Assembly: GCF_000237865.1 (NCBI RefSeq)
Contig: NC_017459.1
Location: 1,620,001 to 1,652,000 of the forward strand
DNA length: 32,000 nucleotides
Direction: 5' to 3'
From: Haloquadratum walsbyi C23
GTDB lineage: Archaea; Halobacteriota; Halobacteria; Halobacteriales; Haloferacaceae
This document shows, piece by piece, positions 9,831 to 18,129 of this stretch (position 1 is its first letter; each line of letters opens with the position of its first letter). Both the position numbers and the translations under genes were made by a program. The notes under the pieces were generated by a model. That model worked only from the letters and a program-made list of their open reading frames with translations. It did no database searches and was not told the DNA's origin.

Positions 9831-11187
9831 GTTGGGCGATTTCGTCGGGCACCTCTATGTTAGTGTCGGTTGTTCTGACTTTCCCCGAGGAGAGGTCTTG
9901 CATGAGTCCCCGTTTTATTCGACTTAATCGCTCCGCAATTTCTTGTTCTTTCTCAATCTCCTCATTTACATTGTCGAGAATTTCGACAACTTTCTCCTGG
10001 ATTTCTATTGGTGGAATCGGAATTGGTAGTCTTCTCATTGAGCCAATATTGAAGTTATTTTGCCCACCCCCTGCTTTCCAGGCGTCAATAAAGCCAATCG
10101 CCTTTTTTGAGTTTATATAGTATTGTAAATATTTTGAAAGTATTTTATTACCCGGGCGAGATATTATCAATGAGAAGCAATTGCCCCCGGCATATTCTTC
10201 ATTAACTACACAACTTTCTCCAAGATTCACACCTGTGCGAACGGTAAGAACATCCCCTTCGTTAAGAATAGATTTCGAATTCTGCTCATTGAATCTTTTT
10301 GAGATATATCTGAGGGAAGAGTCGTCAATGCCGTGTTCACGAACATTCTTTGAGCGAACAAATGGCACCCCGTCATCCGAATTAACATAATGTTCTGTGG
10401 CTCCTGAAACAATACCAACGGTAATCTCGTCACAGACTTCAGAGGCAGATCTAATTTCCCAACTACTTGACACTTCACCAATTCGCGTTTCTTTTGTATC
10501 CTGTTCATTTGATAGCCCGGTAGCAAATATGTCTTGTTTCACCCCAAGCTTTATATTTGATAAAGAATTAATGGCTTTTTGAGTTTTCTCGATCGCCTGG
10601 TCAACCGTGTAGAGTACGGTGGCGATTTTCCGCTGTTCCGACAGAGGGGGAGTAAGAAACTGTAAATCTGGGAAAAAGTCCAACTGGATTGATGGATGAG
10701 TACTCCCAATCCCCAGCCGTTCCAATTCTGGCTGACACCACTGGAAAATATACATAAGAAAATATGGATTAGACAGGTCTGGATAACACTCAAAAGTAAC
10801 AGTACTTTGGTCGGTCGCCATCTCTCGATTAAGAATAGCTGATTCACCTATTGAACCCGTTCGGCATAACGCTAAAGCCCCTTCTGGTATCAGCTTAGCT
10901 CCAGAGTTGGCTAAACCCTCTTCAGTTATGTTATCCTCAGTTTCGTCTATCTCTACAGTATCAAGTCCTGAAAGGTCGTGTATGGCTATCCACGGAATAT
11001 TACCATTCCAGTACTCGTCTGTATCCGTCGAAGGAGTATGTCCTGTTTTTATCTTAGTAATACTATTAGCACCTGCTACATCCCATCCAGATGGAAGTTG
11101 TTCTGCCCTTGTCAGTACGCTTGGACTACGAAAGTTGACTCCTGTCTCCTGATTAGCAATATCGTTGAGCTTCGTTTGTTCACTCAT
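9823..11187 (-). CDS. hsdS: Type I R-M specificity subunit (distal copy, two TRDs)
   Basis: 454 aa. The central conserved region is PPLSEQRKIATVLYTVDQAIEKT. The C-terminal conserved region is RIKRGLMQDLSSGKVRTTD. The stop overlaps the hsdR start. Confidence 0.9.
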   Translation of the reverse strand: MSEQTKLNDIANQETGVNFRSPSVLTRAEQLPSGWDVAGANSITKIKTGHTPSTDTDEYWNGNIPWIAIHDLSGLDTVEIDETEDNITEEGLANSGAKLIPEGALALCRTGSIGESAILNREMATDQSTVTFECYPDLSNPYFLMYIFQWCQPELERLGIGSTHPSIQLDFFPDLQFLTPPLSEQRKIATVLYTVDQAIEKTQKAINSLSNIKLGVKQDIFATGLSNEQDTKETRIGEVSSSWEIRSASEVCDEITVGIVSGATEHYVNSDDGVPFVRSKNVREHGIDDSSLRYISKRFNEQNSKSILNEGDVLTVRTGVNLGESCVVNEEYAGGNCFSLIISRPGNKILSKYLQYYINSKKAIGFIDAWKAGGGQNNFNIGSMRRLPIPIPPIEIQEKVVEILDNVNEEIEKEQEIAERLSRIKRGLMQDLSSGKVRTTDTNIEVPDEIAQHG

Positions 11188-11262
11188 AATTCAGTGCCTC
11201 CATATGCTGGGTCATCTGAGCCTCGATTTCGTCCCTCCTTCCCGTTGTCCAAGTCTCGAAAG
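11180..11262 (-). pseudogene. remnant of an hsdM 3' end fused to the start of the distal hsdS
   Basis: 11179-11229 matches 12684-12734 (the true hsdM 3' end / hsdS start) with about 3 mismatches in about 51 nt by eye. It translates to ...DEIEAQMTQHMEALNYE*, the same C-terminal peptide as HsdM. An in-frame stop lies upstream and there is no start. Confidence 0.7.
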
Positions 11263-11325
11263 CTCACAAGGGTATGATCGAACAAGAGGAATATAGAATA
11301 TCTCACAGTCTTTTTGAATGTAGCA

Positions 11326-12690
11326 TTAACCATGCTGTGCGACTTCCTGTGGAACATCTATATTCACGTCGGTCGTTCGGACTTCGCCTGAGAGGAGGTC
11401 TTGCATAAGTGCCCGTTTGAGACGTTGGAGTCGATCTTTTTTATTTTTCTCAGAACTAATTTTATCATCCATGGCTGACAACGATTCAGCTATTTTATTC
11501 TGTTCTTTTTTGCTTGGTCTAAATACTTTGGATGATCTCACAAACTCCATGGGAGCCATGTTCTTCATCGCTGAGCCTCTTGAACTCAGAACAAGTTGCC
11601 TTTGTCCGACTTTTGACTCTAAAAAGTATTTCATATAATTTACATTGAATAAATCGTCGTTGACTGAAAACTTGAGCAGCGCCTGATTTATTACACCCTG
11701 TTCATACTCTGAAGGCACTTTTGCAACCTTCCCTAATGTACCAGAGCAACTTATCAGCAGGTCGTCTTCCTCAACACTAAATCGCTCCATATCACGGTAT
11801 TTTTCTTTTGTAATATAGTAATCCCCATAATCAAATTCATCATATATTACATTCTGTTGCTGATATACTTTGTATCCTGAATCAACGAAAATTTCCTTTT
11901 TTAACATTCCACCAAACGGTCCTCTTCTGAGCCCGTTTTCCCCCTCTTTAGAGGATACTATCGTCTCAATTTCCCATTCTGCTGGCTTTGAATATATGAA
12001 AGCACCAATCCTAATATTTTCATAGCTCTCGTGATTGTAATACCCATCGAGGAACAAGTCATCCAACAGACCGCACTTCACTCTTTTTGTTTGATTGATG
12101 ATTTCTTCAGTCTTCTGAATCGCTTGGTCAACGGTGTGGAGGACGGTGGCGATTTTGCGCTGTTCTGAGAGTGGAGGGATAGCAATCTCTAACACTCCAA
12201 ACCGAGATGTATTCAAGTTTATTTGAGTACTTCCAGGTGCAAGAGATTTCAAGTAATTTTGTTGCCAGCTGATGTACTCATACAGATAATGTGGGTTCAA
12301 ATCATTCTCATAGTCTCGTAAAATGAGCCAACCGTCGTGAACACAAGATCTTGTCCCAGCGAACATCGGATAGCCACAAGTCCCACTATTGCTGACTAAA
12401 AGCGTCCCTGAATCAACTAATTTGCTCTTCTCAGCACCCTTTTCAGTAACAGTATCCTCTGTTTCTCCCGTGTATTTCTGGCTCTTCACATCCACGTCCC
12501 CAATTTTTATCCACGGGATGTCTCCCCCAAACAACTCAGGGTCGCCCTTCGGACGTGGTGACGCTCCCCGAGTGATTTCCATAATTTCATCAGCTTGATT
12601 CATATCCCACCTTTTAGCCAAAGAAGACTCATTCGAGGCTTTTGACTCACTAAATTCAGAAAACTCATCCAACGTCGCATCTTCACTCAT
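11326..12690 (-). CDS. hsdS: Type I R-M specificity subunit (proximal copy, two TRDs)
   Basis: 454 aa. The conserved regions are PPLSEQRKIATVLHTVDQAIQKT and RLKRALMQDLLSGEVRTTD. The TRDs look unrelated to those of the other copy. The start overlaps the hsdM stop by 8 nt. The stop is followed by an ATGGTTAA relic of the hsdR start. Confidence 0.9.
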   Translation of the reverse strand: MSEDATLDEFSEFSESKASNESSLAKRWDMNQADEIMEITRGASPRPKGDPELFGGDIPWIKIGDVDVKSQKYTGETEDTVTEKGAEKSKLVDSGTLLVSNSGTCGYPMFAGTRSCVHDGWLILRDYENDLNPHYLYEYISWQQNYLKSLAPGSTQINLNTSRFGVLEIAIPPLSEQRKIATVLHTVDQAIQKTEEIINQTKRVKCGLLDDLFLDGYYNHESYENIRIGAFIYSKPAEWEIETIVSSKEGENGLRRGPFGGMLKKEIFVDSGYKVYQQQNVIYDEFDYGDYYITKEKYRDMERFSVEEDDLLISCSGTLGKVAKVPSEYEQGVINQALLKFSVNDDLFNVNYMKYFLESKVGQRQLVLSSRGSAMKNMAPMEFVRSSKVFRPSKKEQNKIAESLSAMDDKISSEKNKKDRLQRLKRALMQDLLSGEVRTTDVNIDVPQEVAQHG

Positions 12691-14212
12691 AATTCAGAGC
12701 CTCCATATGCTGGGTCATCTGAGCCTCAATATCATTTCGCTCTGCCTGTAACTCCCGTAACTTTGCTAACTCATCTTCAACGTCAATATCCTCCTCTGGT
12801 TCGGTCGTATCGACGTACAAAGCGATGTTCAGGTTGTAGTCGTTCTCTCGGATCTCGTCCATTCTGACTGTCCGACTCACCCGTTCTTCTGTCGTCCAGT
12901 CTCGGAAGTTCCCAACGATGTGGTCAAGCCCCTCCTCAGTGAGCTGATTCTGGTTCGAGAGTTCGTCATAAAAGTCCTCATCAGCGGCGTGAATGAACTG
13001 CACCTCGCCCTCTCTATCAGTTGGCTTGTCGGTGTTCAGCACAAGGACAGCGGACGGAATCGAATTATTCTGAAAGAGGTTCTCGGGAAGTCCGACAATC
13101 GCCTCCAACATATCATTCTCCAACATCGGCTTCCGGTATCGCTGTTCGTGCTTTCTGAATAAAACGCCATGAGGAATCACAATAGATGCTTTCCCAGCTT
13201 CCCCGTCCTGATCGGGTCTTTTCAGTTGTTTTGCGATGTGCATGATGAAGGCGTAGTCACCGCGGTCAGCTCGGGGAAGTTTCTTATGCCAGTCAAAACG
13301 GTCGTATGGATCATCCTGAAGTTCGTCTTTCGCCCAGTCTGCGGAGAACGGGAAATTAGCGAGCACTCGATTGAAGCGGGCAACTGAGTTATCTGATTCG
13401 TCGGTAAATTGCGGATCAGCGAGTGAGTCCTCCCGTTCAATCTCTCCGTTGAGTCCGTGAATGGAGAGATTCATTTTGGCGATGGCGGCAATATCAGGGT
13501 TGATTTCTTGTCCTGTAAATTTCAGTTTTTTCGGCTCGCCGTTCTGCTCTTCACGGTAGTACCGAGCCGCCTCGATGAGCATCCCGCCGGAACCAACAGT
13601 CGGATCGTGGAAGTCGTGTCCATCCTCAAATTCATCAACAAGCCGAACACACAGGTTGACAATTTGTGGCGGGGTAAAGAACTGCCCACCAGACTTGCCC
13701 TCCTCCTCTGCGAAGTGGCGAACCAAGTCCATATACGCCTCACCGAGCATATCTGGCGGGACGCTGTCTGTATCTAAGTCGTATTTCGAGAGGTGTTCAA
13801 CGAGCCGTCCAAGTCGATCATCACCGAGAGCGTCTGCGTCGATGTAATCAGCTCGGAAGACGCCTCTTAATTCAGGGTTTACCTCAACGAGTGCGTCGAA
13901 ACTCTCGTTGAGTGCCTCGTCCACGTTATCACTGACCGCTCGAACGTCCTCCCACATGTACCCATCTGGTATAACAGGAATATCGTAGAGATTCTCACGA
14001 CGAGCGAACTCCTCACCATACTCTTCAAGATTCTCCTGATACTGCTTATCAAACTCATCGGAGATAGCTTTGTAATAGACAAGCGGAAGAATGTACTCTT
14101 TATAATCAGTCGAGTCAACTGCATCGCGGATAATATCAGCACACTTGAACAGGTGCGAGTCGATTTCATCAAGAGATACAGACATATGAGATAAATCTAT
14201 GTCCCTGTTCAA
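12683..14212 (-). CDS. hsdM: Type I R-M N6-adenine DNA methyltransferase subunit
   Basis: 509 aa. The AdoMet motif is DPTVGSGGML and the catalytic motif is NFPF (LANFPFSADW). The N-terminal HsdM domain is present. Confidence 0.95.
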   Translation of the reverse strand: MNRDIDLSHMSVSLDEIDSHLFKCADIIRDAVDSTDYKEYILPLVYYKAISDEFDKQYQENLEEYGEEFARRENLYDIPVIPDGYMWEDVRAVSDNVDEALNESFDALVEVNPELRGVFRADYIDADALGDDRLGRLVEHLSKYDLDTDSVPPDMLGEAYMDLVRHFAEEEGKSGGQFFTPPQIVNLCVRLVDEFEDGHDFHDPTVGSGGMLIEAARYYREEQNGEPKKLKFTGQEINPDIAAIAKMNLSIHGLNGEIEREDSLADPQFTDESDNSVARFNRVLANFPFSADWAKDELQDDPYDRFDWHKKLPRADRGDYAFIMHIAKQLKRPDQDGEAGKASIVIPHGVLFRKHEQRYRKPMLENDMLEAIVGLPENLFQNNSIPSAVLVLNTDKPTDREGEVQFIHAADEDFYDELSNQNQLTEEGLDHIVGNFRDWTTEERVSRTVRMDEIRENDYNLNIALYVDTTEPEEDIDVEDELAKLRELQAERNDIEAQMTQHMEALNYE

Positions 14213-14402
14213 GTAGTCTGTGGTAAAATGAACGAGAGTGAACAGGAAGATACCAGCACCGACGAATCAAGTGCGATTGAAATGGATTGACGGAGATGCG
14301 AACGCAAAGAGTTGTAGTTAATGCCAATTCCGCCCTCCTTTTGTCGTTGATACTTTTAGAACGAACAGTGGTAACGCTACTTATCGAGATACTGGCTGCG
14401 CC

Positions 14403-14421
14403 CTTCCCGTCGTTCTCAGCC
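14403..14421. repeat. right copy of the 19-nt perfect inverted repeat
   Basis: CTTCCCGTCGTTCTCAGCC is the reverse complement of 833-851. It lies 4 nt from the integrase stop codon (14426-14428). Confidence 0.8.
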
Positions 14422-14425
14422 AATA

Positions 14426-15457
14426 CTACAACTTATCAGCCCACTCCATTTGTCGATCTCGTCGGTCTTCCTCAGTTGGCGTATCATAATGCTTCTTCAA
14501 CACCTCCGTCGTTGCATCCACCCTATCCCCAATCGTATCAAAATCAGCCCCCTTATTACGCATATAAGTCACAAACCCCGCCCGAACACTATGAGGTGAA
14601 ACCGAATCCGGGCACTTTGAAGCGTGATTGTAACTCGTCCAATCACATTTCTCCGGGTCTTTATCTATCGGACACTCCATACCAATATAACACGGCTCAG
14701 TAATTCTATATATATTTCTTTGAATCGTCGATTTTTGTGGTCGCCCGTTTTTGGTTGCAACAAGCGGCTTTCTATTTTCATCATCAACAACACTGGGTCG
14801 AGTTTCCTCAATATAATCAGAAAGAAGCTCACCAACATTCCCGGAAACAGGCACTTCCCGTTCTCCCCAACGGTTATTTTTCAACGGTGTTCCTGTCTGT
14901 GGACGATTTTTGAATTTAATCACAGGTCGTTCGTACTCGTCAGGATAGAAGTCTCTGAGATCGAGTGCCCGAATACCACCAGTGCGAGCGCCGGTTTTCC
15001 ACATCAAGGTAAACAAAGCGTGTCGCAACGAAGCATACTCGTATTTGCTCAGGTACTTTTCGATAGCTGTTGCGTGTTCAGAGTGAAGGGCAACTTTTCG
15101 AGCTTGTTGTCGTTTATTTGCTGTTGGAACTTTGACTTTTTTTGCAAGCCCGCTTACAACAGCGTTAATTGCTTCCCATTCTTCGACAGCCAACCGGAAT
15201 GTTCTCATTGAGTTTTCAAGCGTGGTTGGGGCAACGTTTTCTTGTCGGTGGGCAAGATATTCGCGGCACATTCTGCTGTCGAGATCGTTGAGGTTTTCAA
15301 GTTCAACGTCGGGAAGGTCAGTCCATTCGAGAAAACGGTTGAGGCGACAGGTGTGTTCGTAGATAGTTGATTGGGAAAGTTCTGATTCCCGGCTTTGCAA
15401 GTACATTTGAACGCCTTCTTGTGGAGTCAGTGGTTCAAGTCCGTGGATTCGGGTCAT
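14426..15457 (-). CDS. tyrosine recombinase / phage-type integrase
   Basis: The catalytic signature is ARTGGIRALDL (Arg), HSVRAGFVTYM (HxxR) and LKKHY (Tyr). The N-terminal SAM-like domain is present. The ORF extends to 15502, but MTRIHGLEPLTPQEG at 15457 is the likely start. Confidence 0.9.
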   Translation of the reverse strand: MTRIHGLEPLTPQEGVQMYLQSRESELSQSTIYEHTCRLNRFLEWTDLPDVELENLNDLDSRMCREYLAHRQENVAPTTLENSMRTFRLAVEEWEAINAVVSGLAKKVKVPTANKRQQARKVALHSEHATAIEKYLSKYEYASLRHALFTLMWKTGARTGGIRALDLRDFYPDEYERPVIKFKNRPQTGTPLKNNRWGEREVPVSGNVGELLSDYIEETRPSVVDDENRKPLVATKNGRPQKSTIQRNIYRITEPCYIGMECPIDKDPEKCDWTSYNHASKCPDSVSPHSVRAGFVTYMRNKGADFDTIGDRVDATTEVLKKHYDTPTEEDRRDRQMEWADKL

Positions 15458-15538
15458 GGGAATAATGATTTGGCTCCGGGAGTAGGTACAGGAAGGTGGC
15501 AAAGTTGCGGTTATGGAGCGAACTATGTGAGCGACAGA

Positions 15539-15560
15539 GGTTCAAATCCCGGCGAGTCCA
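15539..15560 (+). other. tRNA 3'-end-like fragment (candidate att core)
   Basis: GGTTCAAATCCCGGCGAGTCCA reads as a T-loop, a 3' T-stem, a 3' acceptor strand and a discriminator. No matching 5' T-stem or 5' acceptor strand lies upstream, so it is a fragment and not a gene. It sits about 80 nt from the integrase start. Confidence 0.35.
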
Positions 15561-15714
15561 GTCGTTCGCTGTGCGGTCGTTGTGCGTTTGTTTTCGCGGA
15601 CGGCGTGGACCCAATTCATTACTTACACTCGATCACAACTACCTTCAGAGAGATTTTACGGCAACATTGTAAATACGCAATACTTTCTGCATACCCTCGC
15701 TGACTCTATGTCAT

Positions 15715-16059
15715 ATGCGACGCTGGCTATTGAAATCAAAGCTCCATCGGGCCCGTGTGACAGGCACCGAGAAGGATTATGAGGGGAGCATCTCCATCGA
15801 CGCGGCGCTTCTCTCGGAGGCCGACATCGCTGTCGGCGAACAGGTGCAAGTAGTCAACGTGACTAACGGTGAACGCTTTGAAACGTACACCATCGAGGGT
15901 GAATCCCGTCAGATGGAGCTCAACGGGGCCGCCGCCAGGCTGGCGGAGACGGGAGACGTAATCATCGTCATCTCCTATGGCCTCTATGTCAAGGACGAAC
16001 AACCAGAGCCCACAGTGCTACTGTTGGACGAGGAAAACCGGATTAGCGAACGAGAGTAA
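15715..16059 (+). CDS. panD: aspartate 1-decarboxylase, pyruvoyl-dependent
   Basis: Close by-eye match to bacterial PanD: SKLHRARVT, DYEGSISID (the Gly-Ser self-cleavage site), VNVTNGERFETY, LNGAAARLAETGDVIIVISY. Confidence 0.9.
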   Translation: MRRWLLKSKLHRARVTGTEKDYEGSISIDAALLSEADIAVGEQVQVVNVTNGERFETYTIEGESRQMELNGAAARLAETGDVIIVISYGLYVKDEQPEPTVLLLDEENRISERE

Positions 16060-16455
16060 TTTACCCGGGTTGCTCGACCGACAGCTATAGTAACCCTCTC
16101 GAAGATTCGCGTTCACCGCGCTGGTGTTTCAAATACTGTTTCAACATCTTTGTGATGGAGTCCCTTTCCTCAAGGAACGAACGAGCAACACGAAGTGAGC
16201 GAGTATGGAGGAGTCGTTGGCTTACCTCCCGGCGAGTGGTATCCGTACCTCCTCGTCGATGTGAATATCGATGTCGATGTCGGCCATCGTCCGTTCCAGT
16301 AGTATTATTGACCAGAATCCAGATGTAGATGCCTGATTTTTAGACACTCCCGGATCATAGAGGCACTATAAGAAAGTTTCGCGGTTCAGACGCATGAGGA
16401 AATTACATGATTCTCAAAGGGACTGTGACTGAGGGTATTTTTTTATTTCGCACAC

Positions 16456-16875
16456 ATGACAAAGAGTATGGATCAGTCCCTCCCCACCTTTAGTAAAAGA
16501 CGATTGGCTGGACTCATCGCCATTCTCTCATTCGGTCTGTCCTCGTTGTTCGCGGTCCTCGGATTGGGCACTATTGTGTCGGTCACATTCATTCTTGGAT
16601 TCTTTATTTTGTTACCATTGATTGGACTACTTGGTGCGGATTTCCCCCTCGTCGAATCAAGCGATGATAAATCCTCGGCAGATGAAACGACACGTGATGA
16701 GGATCCTCTCACCACGCTTCGACAGCGATACGCGAATGGAGAAATTGATGAGGCTGAATTTGAACGGCGGTTAGAATTGATGCTTGAAACTGAGGATGTC
16801 CAACAATCTACAACAAACTCAGACACTGACGATGTCTCTGATCAATTGCGTGAAATTAAGCGTGAGTTGGAGTGA
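16456..16875 (+). CDS. membrane protein with C-terminal SHOCT domain
   Basis: There are two hydrophobic segments. The SHOCT-like segment is LRQRYANGEIDEAEFERRLELML, followed by an acidic tail. Confidence 0.75.
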   Translation: MTKSMDQSLPTFSKRRLAGLIAILSFGLSSLFAVLGLGTIVSVTFILGFFILLPLIGLLGADFPLVESSDDKSSADETTRDEDPLTTLRQRYANGEIDEAEFERRLELMLETEDVQQSTTNSDTDDVSDQLREIKRELE

Positions 16876-16925
16876 GATATTAATTATTTTTAGACTGTAA
16901 ATAAAACATATGTTGTATACTTCAA

Positions 16926-16983
16926 GTGAACTACCCCTGCCTACTCAGCGGCTGACGCCGCTTTCTTGAGGGTGGGGGCTTCT
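16926..16983 (+). repeat. about 57-nt structured intergenic motif, copy 1
   Basis: GTGAAC..CCTACTC-AGCGGC-tgac-GCCGCT-TTCTTGAGGGTGGGGGCTTC. It is homologous to 25096-25152, with a compensatory change in the hairpin stem. Confidence 0.5.
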
Positions 16984-17147
16984 CTTACAGCCCGCTAAGA
17001 AAGTAAAATCGATATGATTAATATTGAATCACATCCAATGACTGTTTTATGATCACTCTGTGATCAGTGCGTCATTTGCTTATCTGTCAGCACCACATCA
17101 TCGTGTCTGCCGACAGAACAATACTACTGCTCACACAGTGTAGGATA

Positions 17148-18062
17148 ATGTCTGGAACCTCTGGAATTCATTCTCGCAATGTAAATGTAATGTGTCCGGT
17201 TGTAACGCCATTCATTAGCGATGATGATGTTGATCACGCTGGATTGCGCTCTGTGATTGAGTTTGTGAGCGACGCTGGAATTGATGGAATCGTCCCATGT
17301 GGTACGACCGGTGAATTCGCGAGTCTCACACCAATGGAATATCGCGCAGTCATTGAGACAGCAGTCGATGTGGCTGGTGAGACAACACCTGTGATTGCTG
17401 GTGTTGCTGCGACAGACATCCCATCCGTGCGGTCAAATATCGAATTTGCCGCTCAAACGGGCGCTGATGCTGCACTCCTCACACCGCCGTATTTTCACAC
17501 AGGACCAGGATCAACAGGTGTACAACAATTTTTTGAGTCTGTTGTTGCAGAGAGTCCCCTTTCGATCATACTGTATAATATCCCCGCATGTACCGGACAG
17601 CAAATCGACCCTGAAACAGTTGCCACACTAGCAGAGACTGATACAGTGATTGGATTGAAAGATTCGAGTGGTGATTTTGATTATCTTCTTGACATACTTT
17701 CGAGAACTGACTCCTCATTTCGCGTTTTTGAGGGATACGACCGGCATTATGTGAGTGGCGTTCATGCCGGAACAGCCGGCGGGATCAATGCACTCTCAAA
17801 TGTGCTTCCAGGGCGATTTTGTACGATTCGAGAGAAGGCGTTCAATGGCGAAACACAGACTGCATTCGAGAGTGAGCAATCAACACTCGCACCGCTGTTC
17901 GACCTTTGTTTAGAGTATGGATTCGCACCAGTCACAAAAGTGGGGCTCACACATCGCGGAGTCATTGATTCGGCAAGTGTGAGAGCACCGCTCGTCGAAC
18001 TGCCGGACGAGGTACACTCACGGGTTACAACTCTTGTTGCAGACGCAATTGTCGATAGCTGA
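17148..18062 (+). CDS. DapA/KDG-aldolase family class I aldolase
   Basis: Motifs are VTPF, GIVPCGTTGEFASLT and ILYNIP, plus the Schiff-base lysine in IGLKDSSGD. The start is chosen at ATG 17148; 17190 is an alternative. Confidence 0.85.
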   Translation: MSGTSGIHSRNVNVMCPVVTPFISDDDVDHAGLRSVIEFVSDAGIDGIVPCGTTGEFASLTPMEYRAVIETAVDVAGETTPVIAGVAATDIPSVRSNIEFAAQTGADAALLTPPYFHTGPGSTGVQQFFESVVAESPLSIILYNIPACTGQQIDPETVATLAETDTVIGLKDSSGDFDYLLDILSRTDSSFRVFEGYDRHYVSGVHAGTAGGINALSNVLPGRFCTIREKAFNGETQTAFESEQSTLAPLFDLCLEYGFAPVTKVGLTHRGVIDSASVRAPLVELPDEVHSRVTTLVADAIVDS

Positions 18063-18129
18063 ACAGACTTGCGTGTGAAGGGTATCATCAATATCAACAT
18101 CGACACCTTGTCATATCTCGCCATCGCAT

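Noticed and set aside
9823-15457. Phase-variable hsdS shufflon driven by the neighbouring tyrosine recombinase
   Set aside because: Known hsdS shufflons invert between inverted repeats in oppositely oriented hsdS copies. Here both hsdS genes and all their shared conserved segments are in direct orientation, so recombination would delete rather than invert. The recombinase looks like an island integrase next to a tRNA-like scar.
15485-15566. Intact tRNA gene next to the integrase
   Set aside because: Only the T-loop and 3' strands are present. The 5' T-stem reads AGAGG instead of CCGGG, and no GGACTCG acceptor strand, D-arm or anticodon arm could be folded from the upstream sequence.
16080-16330. 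Possible frameshifted small gene on the minus strand (MADIDIDIHIDEEVRIPLAGR* followed out of frame by ...LEERDSITKMLKQYLKHQRGE)
   Set aside because: The fragments are very short, no family is recognisable and reading frames have to be joined arbitrarily. This cannot be supported without a database search.
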